Assembly (NCBI RefSeq): GCF_009914755.1
Contig: NC_060933.1
Reading direction: 5' to 3' (one strand)
DNA length: 64,000 bases
Source of the DNA: the human T2T-CHM13v2.0 reference genome, Homo sapiens
Positions within the stretch are counted from its first letter, which is position 1, and each line of letters opens with the position of its first letter. The position numbers were made by a program, and so were the translations under genes. Under the pieces are notes generated by a model. That model was given only the letters and a program-made list of their open reading frames with translations, was not told the DNA's origin and ran no database searches. This document shows, piece by piece, positions 57,794 through 64,000 of the stretch.

Positions 57794-59259
57794 GTAAATT
57801 TCTTCTATAGGTCATTTCTGAATGCTGCTTTGATGTGTTGCCTCTTAGGTATCTTCTGCTTAGTGAGCATCAGTACATCTCATCATGGGGTGAGGAGTGC
57901 AAAAATATACTTATTAAGGCAACTTTTTGCCAAGGATACTCTCGTAAAGATTATGCATGTGACTTTATGACATTCAGTACAGCATGAATGCTTTATCACA
58001 AAAAGAGGACCAGGACAGATACAACCTGGACCCTAGCCCTGAACCATAGCCCCAGTTAACTCTGGTAGAATTGCCTGGCAAACTCTGGTAGACATACAAT
58101 TGTTGCCATGGGCCAGGTCACTAGTTGGTGAGTGAAGTGTCAGAATCTCTCAACTAATGTGCTAATCTTATGTGTAAGGAATTCAGAGTAATTTTCAGAT
58201 TTCTAGAAATACAGGCAACTATTTCTGGCATAATGGTGGCCATCAGTGAGGAGCAGGCTCTGGCCACTGGACTGAGTTTCAGCTTCTGGACTGGTGAAAG
58301 GGGCTACAGAGGAAGGAAGGGTTCAGCCTTTGGAATAGGGGATGGGCTTCTGAGTGATAAATCATGGGACATACGGGGGTGCACACTCAGAAAAAGTGTC
58401 GGTAATCATAATTAACACAATGGATAAGGATGGAATGAATACTAGGGTAACTTGATGTGGAGCTCCATAAAGTGGGGGCTAGAGGTAATAAAATATTTCA
58501 TAAGGCAGGTTTGATCCTGAAAATTGGAGAATTTGCACAGTGTAAAGGAAAATACATGAGGCTGGGAATATTGTGAGCTTAATCTCAAAGTTATTAGAAA
58601 CAAACTCTGCTGCCTAGGGACTCTCAAGTACAGACAAATGATTACTCATTGGTTCATAAGAATATATGAAGGCATTCTTAGATATAATATCAATCATGTC
58701 TTTGAGATACAGATGCTGAAACTGAGAACAAAATTGACCAAGAATATATCCAAAGTTCTAGGTAATAACAGCTAAAATGAAACAAGTTCTTGCTATATGG
58801 GACCTAAATCATTAGATCAATTATCTGCTAATACTCATTCTCTGAAGAAACAACTATAATGATTTCAATTTTAAAGGTGAGATAACTGAGTCATGGAAAG
58901 GTTAGAAGGCTGGTCTAAAGATAGAAGATTTTTAGGTAGCAGAATTGGGAAAGATTAATTAAATTGGAAATAGGGGAAGGCCTGCAAGATTTTCCCGTGA
59001 CACTTGCTCTAAATATGCCAATTCATTTCCTAATCCCCTTTCATAGCAATCTCACAAGAGCCTTTGGCCTCAGCCTGGTTCTTGACTTCGTAGCATCATA
59101 CTCTGTTCTTCTGTGGATATTAACAGCTAACATGGATTGGATTGTCACTCTGTGGTCAGAATTGTTGTAAGTGCTTTGCATCCTGAGGCAGAGCCCATGA
59201 TGCTCAGTAAGCATTCCTTTTTCTCTCTTCATTATGGACCTTCTTTCAGTTAGCCAGAG

Positions 59260-59551
59260 ACTAGCATAGCAGTGTGTGTTATTTCTGGGCTGTGGCAGGG
59301 AAAAGCCCATGCCAATCCTCCTGACACTGTTTCCCTGCTGCAGAACAGTCAAGGACTTTTGTCCAGGTGGCTGAGCCACAGGTTTCAAGCAGCCTAGATT
59401 GCTGAGCAGCTGCATGGAGGTCAGTTGCTGAGGAGTCCTTTCCCAACCCACAGATGACTTTGTGTAAATGAGAAGCAAACCTTTGTTGTGCTAAGCCATA
59501 GAGATGTTGGATTGCTTCTCAGCATTCTCTAACATATCCTGACTGGTAACA
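59260..59551 (+). mobile_element. MLT1 (MLT1I/J-like) LTR
   Basis: 'gcagcctagattgctgagcagctgcatggagg...tgagaagcaaacctttgttgtgctaagcca...tatcctgactggtaaca'. Confidence 0.75.
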
Positions 59552-60559
59552 CATACTAGCTCAACTAATGCTCCCAACAGTCTTATGACTGTCAGATGAG
59601 GAAAGAGAGGTCCAGAGAAGTTAAAGGTTACAGAGGTAGGTCATGGCAGGGTCAGATAAAAGTTCAGGTAGGCTCACTACAGAGCTTGTTCTCCTTTCCA
59701 CCACACTGTCCCTGAAGCTCATAGTCACAAAGAAGGTACATTCTTAGGTGCTGCATTAAAGTTATTAACAGTATGTTTTTAATGACTTCTTTACATTCTA
59801 CTATGACAAAAGTTTATTGCAAAATTGGAATTCCATTGAGATGTATCTATTAAGGCCAGAAATAGGACACTATCTTTTTCTATCTTTCATCAAAATTTTC
59901 CAACATGACACACTTAAAAAATGATTGGCGTAAAAAGAGTAGAAAAAGGCTGGTTTTGAAATTAGAAAAATTCTAACTTTAGCATGCTGTAGATAACACA
60001 AATAAAACACATTGCTCAATTGAAAAATGGGAATAAGAGTAATTTTTAATGTTTCTGGGAACATTCCATAGAATAAAATAGGGAGGTAAAAGCAAATCAG
60101 TGAAAGGATTGGCTTCATTAGTGGAAAGCTACTAACAGTAAATAATGGTCTCTAGAGGAGGTGAAATTTTGTTTTTTTAAATGAGAAAAGGATTTATTTT
60201 ATGATGATTAGATGGTAAGCAATAGAAAAATGTATCTAGAGAGAGAAAGAGGGCAAAGGTTGAGAGAGAGAGATTAGTTGCTTTTTGCCAAGCAGTTCAT
60301 AATGAGGATGATTAGAGGAGACTATAATTGATTACTAGTATCTCTCACGCTGGACATAAGAGGAATTATGGGGAATTAATCTTTGGAGTTATAGTAAAAT
60401 TGATGATGATAAATACCATATGTAACAGTCAATATGGAACAAAACAGATGAGAAACAGAAAGTTATCTAGTGATTTCTTGATTTTTAGTATTAAGAACTC
60501 AATCAGGGCACTACACACAGCTTTTAGAAATGCATCAAAAGAAAAGTCATATTATTGCC

Positions 60560-61086
60560 AGCGTTCATAGAGTGCTTTCTATGTACTAAGCATTATTTGA
60601 AGTGTTTTGCGTGAATTAACTTATTTAATCCCCACAATTTATGTGATATTTTTATTATCCCGTTTTCTAAAGAAGAAAGCTGAAACACATAATCACCTTT
60701 AACAATTTTCCAATGTCACAAAGGTAGAAAGTAGTAGAGGCAGGATTTAAGTCCAGTGTGTGGCTCCAGAGGCTGTGTTGTTAACCACTGTTCTTGCTAT
60801 CTGTCTTCCAAGTCACTGCCTGATAGTAAGTAATAATGCCTTGCTCCTGTGGTCATGGAAGGAGCAAGAGGATTGAAATTGAAAAAGCTGGATTTGATTC
60901 CCCATCCACCCCCACCACTAACAAGGGTGAGGACAAGAACAAGTATAGTTCTTTTCCTACTAAGACATCTGTGATTCGTGCTCCACATACACTGCACAAA
61001 GTTGTTTGTTATCATGATTAAATATGCCAGGAAAAGATGTGAAAAGTGCTTTGAAAACTTCTAAGTGCTCTCTATGTGAGGGATTA
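60560..61086. mobile_element. MIR (minus, 60560-60790) and MIR3-like (plus, 60840-61086) fragments
   Basis: MIR core motifs; MIR3/L3-type tail 'gaaaagtgctttgaaaacttctaagtgct...tgtgagggattat'. Confidence 0.6.
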
Positions 61087-61147
61087 TATCCACAGCATAG
61101 CAAAGTACCTAGACGAGCACTGGCAGCCCCCTATATAGTTTTCTGGG

Positions 61148-61529
61148 TGTATTAGCTTACACTGATATAACAAAATACCACAGACTGGGTGGCTTCAATA
61201 ATAGAAATTCATTTTTTCACAGTTCTGGAGGCTAGAAGTCTGAGAAGCCAGGGTGCCAGCATGGGTGGGTTCTGGTAAAGGATTTCTTCCTGGCTTAGAG
61301 ATGGCCACCTTCTTGCTGTGTCCTCACATGACAGAAAGAGAAAGAGTGTGTAAGCTCTCTGGTGTTTCTTCTTATAAGGGCACTAATCCCAGCATGAGCA
61401 TTCCAGCCTTACGACCTTATCTAAACTAGTTATCTCCCAAAGTCTCCATCTCTAAATACCATCACATTGGAGATTATGGCTTCAACATGTGAAATGAGGG
61501 GAGAGTGGGGACAATTCATTTCCATAGTA
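61148..61529 (-). mobile_element. Solo MLT1A/A0-like LTR
   Basis: 'tgtattag...aacaaaataccacagactgggtggctt...cacagttctggaggctagaagtc...'; perfect TSD CTGGG (61143-61147, 61530-61534). Confidence 0.92.
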
Positions 61530-61721
61530 CTGGGTAAGAAAATAAAGCAATTATTTTGTATGTTTATGCTGGAAAGGGAATCCGGGAGATAGGTTAAATA
61601 CAGGGAGAAAGGGTATCCTGAAAATAACACCATGTATTTATTGAACCCATGCTGTCACAAGAGAAAAAAAATAGCATGATGAGTTGGGTAAGCATGTGTG
61701 TTCGCTGTGATTGAAAATGCT

Positions 61722-62052
<331 letters not shown>

Positions 62053-62084
62053 TTAAAACAGCCAAGGTTCATGAGGCACCTAAG

Positions 62085-63100
62085 TGTGGTAGGTAAGTAC
62101 TGGCTGACAAGCTCTTCAGATCTCAGCTTAATCTTTACTTTGCCATTCTGTGTGACATTAGTCTACTGATTTAACCTCTGCAAATGTCAGTTACCTCATC
62201 AGTAATGTGAACAATTTAATTGCATTTGGTGTTTGAGACTGCAGTGAGGACTAAGTATAAATGTCTTGCTTTACTAGAATGCCTAGCTTATATTATATCA
62301 TCAGTAATTAGTAAATATTATTATTATTGAGGAGTAATTTGACTCTCCTCCTTCCCATTTTAGTTCATTTACCAAATGTCATTGAGCACCTACTGTATGG
62401 CAGGCATTATTTTTGCATTTCATAAATTCTAGAAAAAACTATAAATGTAATCTAAATATTTACTTATTTATTCTTTAATTCATTAATTCGATAATTTAGT
62501 GAATGCCAGTGGAACATATTTTTGTAATATCCCTCTTTTCTGTTGCTAGGATACGCTGCTCAGCAACCTCCCACTGTTTTTGAGACTTACATATGTTCTA
62601 GAAAACTATACGTTCTTCATTCCCAGAGATAGGCTTTGTCTTGAAAGTCTGCTACTTTGGCCATTTGATGCTGAATTTTTAACATTCGTATACCCCATTT
62701 CTGACTCAATATTGCACCTGGAAGGCTCTTAGTACTCTCTCAGCATATGTACAGTGAATTCTTGGTATTCAGTCTCAGCCTACTTATTCTTCAGGAAGAC
62801 TTTCAGCAACTTGATTTTTCCAGTTAGTCAAACAAAAACTTCTGAGTCATTCTTGACTCCTCTCTTCTCTCACACTTCTTATCCTTGCACTCTTGCCTGC
62901 AGAATCTACTTAGAATCCAACTGCTTCTTATCATTTTGACCACTTCCATTCTCATTCAACCTACCCACATCTTCCATGTGGATTATTGCTAAACATCCTT
63001 CTTTCAGTTTTTGTTGTTTCCATCCTTGCTTCCCTATAGTGTGCTCACTATACCAGAAAAAATATCTTAAATGCGTGTATTAATGCAAATGGATGAATTT
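62085..63100. mobile_element. MIR (62085-62330) and L2 fragments (62360-62420, 62600-63100)
   Basis: Degenerate MIR/L2 motifs such as 'attgagcacctactgtatggcaggca', 'gagtcattcttgactcctctcttctctcac'. Confidence 0.65.
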
Positions 63101-63324
63101 ATCCTGGCTTTTTCTATTAGCACACTTGCATATGGTCTAATACATTGAATAATCAAATTAAAACCCATTTGTGGCTCTTTCCAAGAAAAGCCTTATTGGA
63201 TAATTTAGAAATATCTATATTCTGAAATTAAAGTGGTTAAAAAAAGGTATATGTATATATATTATGTGTATATGTATATATACACACATAAATGATGCAT
63301 ACACAAACACATAGATGATACAGG

Positions 63325-63422
63325 TAGGAGGAAAGAAAAAAGAAAGGAAGGAGGGAAGGAAGGAAGAAAGGAAGGGGGGAAGGAAGGAAGGAAGGAAGGA
63401 AGGAAGGAAGGAAGGGAGAGAG
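63325..63422. repeat. (GGAA)n purine microsatellite
   Basis: Nine uninterrupted GGAA units at 63378-63413 within a ~95-bp pure-purine tract. Confidence 0.95.
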
Positions 63423-64000
63423 ACTATTAAATGCCAAACAAGTTCCTAGAGATCTTGGTGAAGTAAGAAGATAAATTTGGGTGGGTCATGGAAAATATTT
63501 ATTTACTAAAAGACTAGAAGTCAAGTTTGTATATTCAATTCCACACTGCTGTTGTGAAAGTCATGTGCAAAGGGTCTTCAGACTCCTGTTGGGGTCAGAG
63601 GTTTAGGTATGATATTCTGAGGGAGGAGAGAGAAACTGCATTATCTGAACTGAGGCTGAGAGTTCAGCTGAACACACAGAACTTCCATTACAGATCCCGG
63701 ACCAGCAGGGACAGAGCAGTCAGATTCCTAAAGCCAGTTCCCGATTGATGAGCAGGTGATGCTCTAGTAGTTCATTTAAACATTGATTGCGTGGAATTCA
63801 CAACATTTTCTCCCATAAAAAGTGTTATAAATGGCAGTGGTAGGAGGGGAGGGGAGTGTCCCATGGCCAACACATAAAAGCTTATTGAGCCCATAATGGA
63901 GCTGAAACTCAGCACATGTGCTGAAGAAAAATAATTCTCTTGCAACTAGTAATGAAACAAAACAGAAGAACATATAAACTTGAATTAGAAAAATAGTAGC

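Noticed and set aside
59041-59478. 145-aa minus ORF
   Set aside because: Largely antisense to an MLT1 LTR; non-ATG start; no protein similarity recognised

Overview
This is AT-rich, CpG-depleted primate (most likely human) genomic DNA, intergenic or deep-intronic in character. I recognise no intact protein-coding gene, rRNA, tRNA, CpG island or CRISPR array. The recognisable ORFs in the track are L1, Alu or MaLR/ERV by-products; the rest appear to be chance ORFs. The window is dominated by transposable elements: a full-length non-coding MER4A1-type ERV1 provirus (4023-11005, both LTRs, tRNA-Arg PBS, PPT) inside an old L1 ORF1; two full-length MaLR elements (THE1D-like 25526-27919, THE1B-like 49599-51880); solo MST/MLT LTRs; about 13 Alus; many L1 fragments, two of them 5'-inverted; and MIR, L2, MER5 and MER58 relics. 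Unexplained structure includes a 198-bp tandem duplication with an internal hairpin (1269-1659), a ~130-bp dispersed duplication (41349-41480 / 42892-43020), an AT-rich 36-bp minisatellite ending in a perfect 13-bp hairpin at an L1 junction, and several exon-like segments that could belong to an LTR-driven lncRNA or a decayed gene. I cannot support a novel biological system from sequence alone. Subfamily names are from recalled consensus sequences and need RepeatMasker/Dfam confirmation; boundaries of old elements are approximate.
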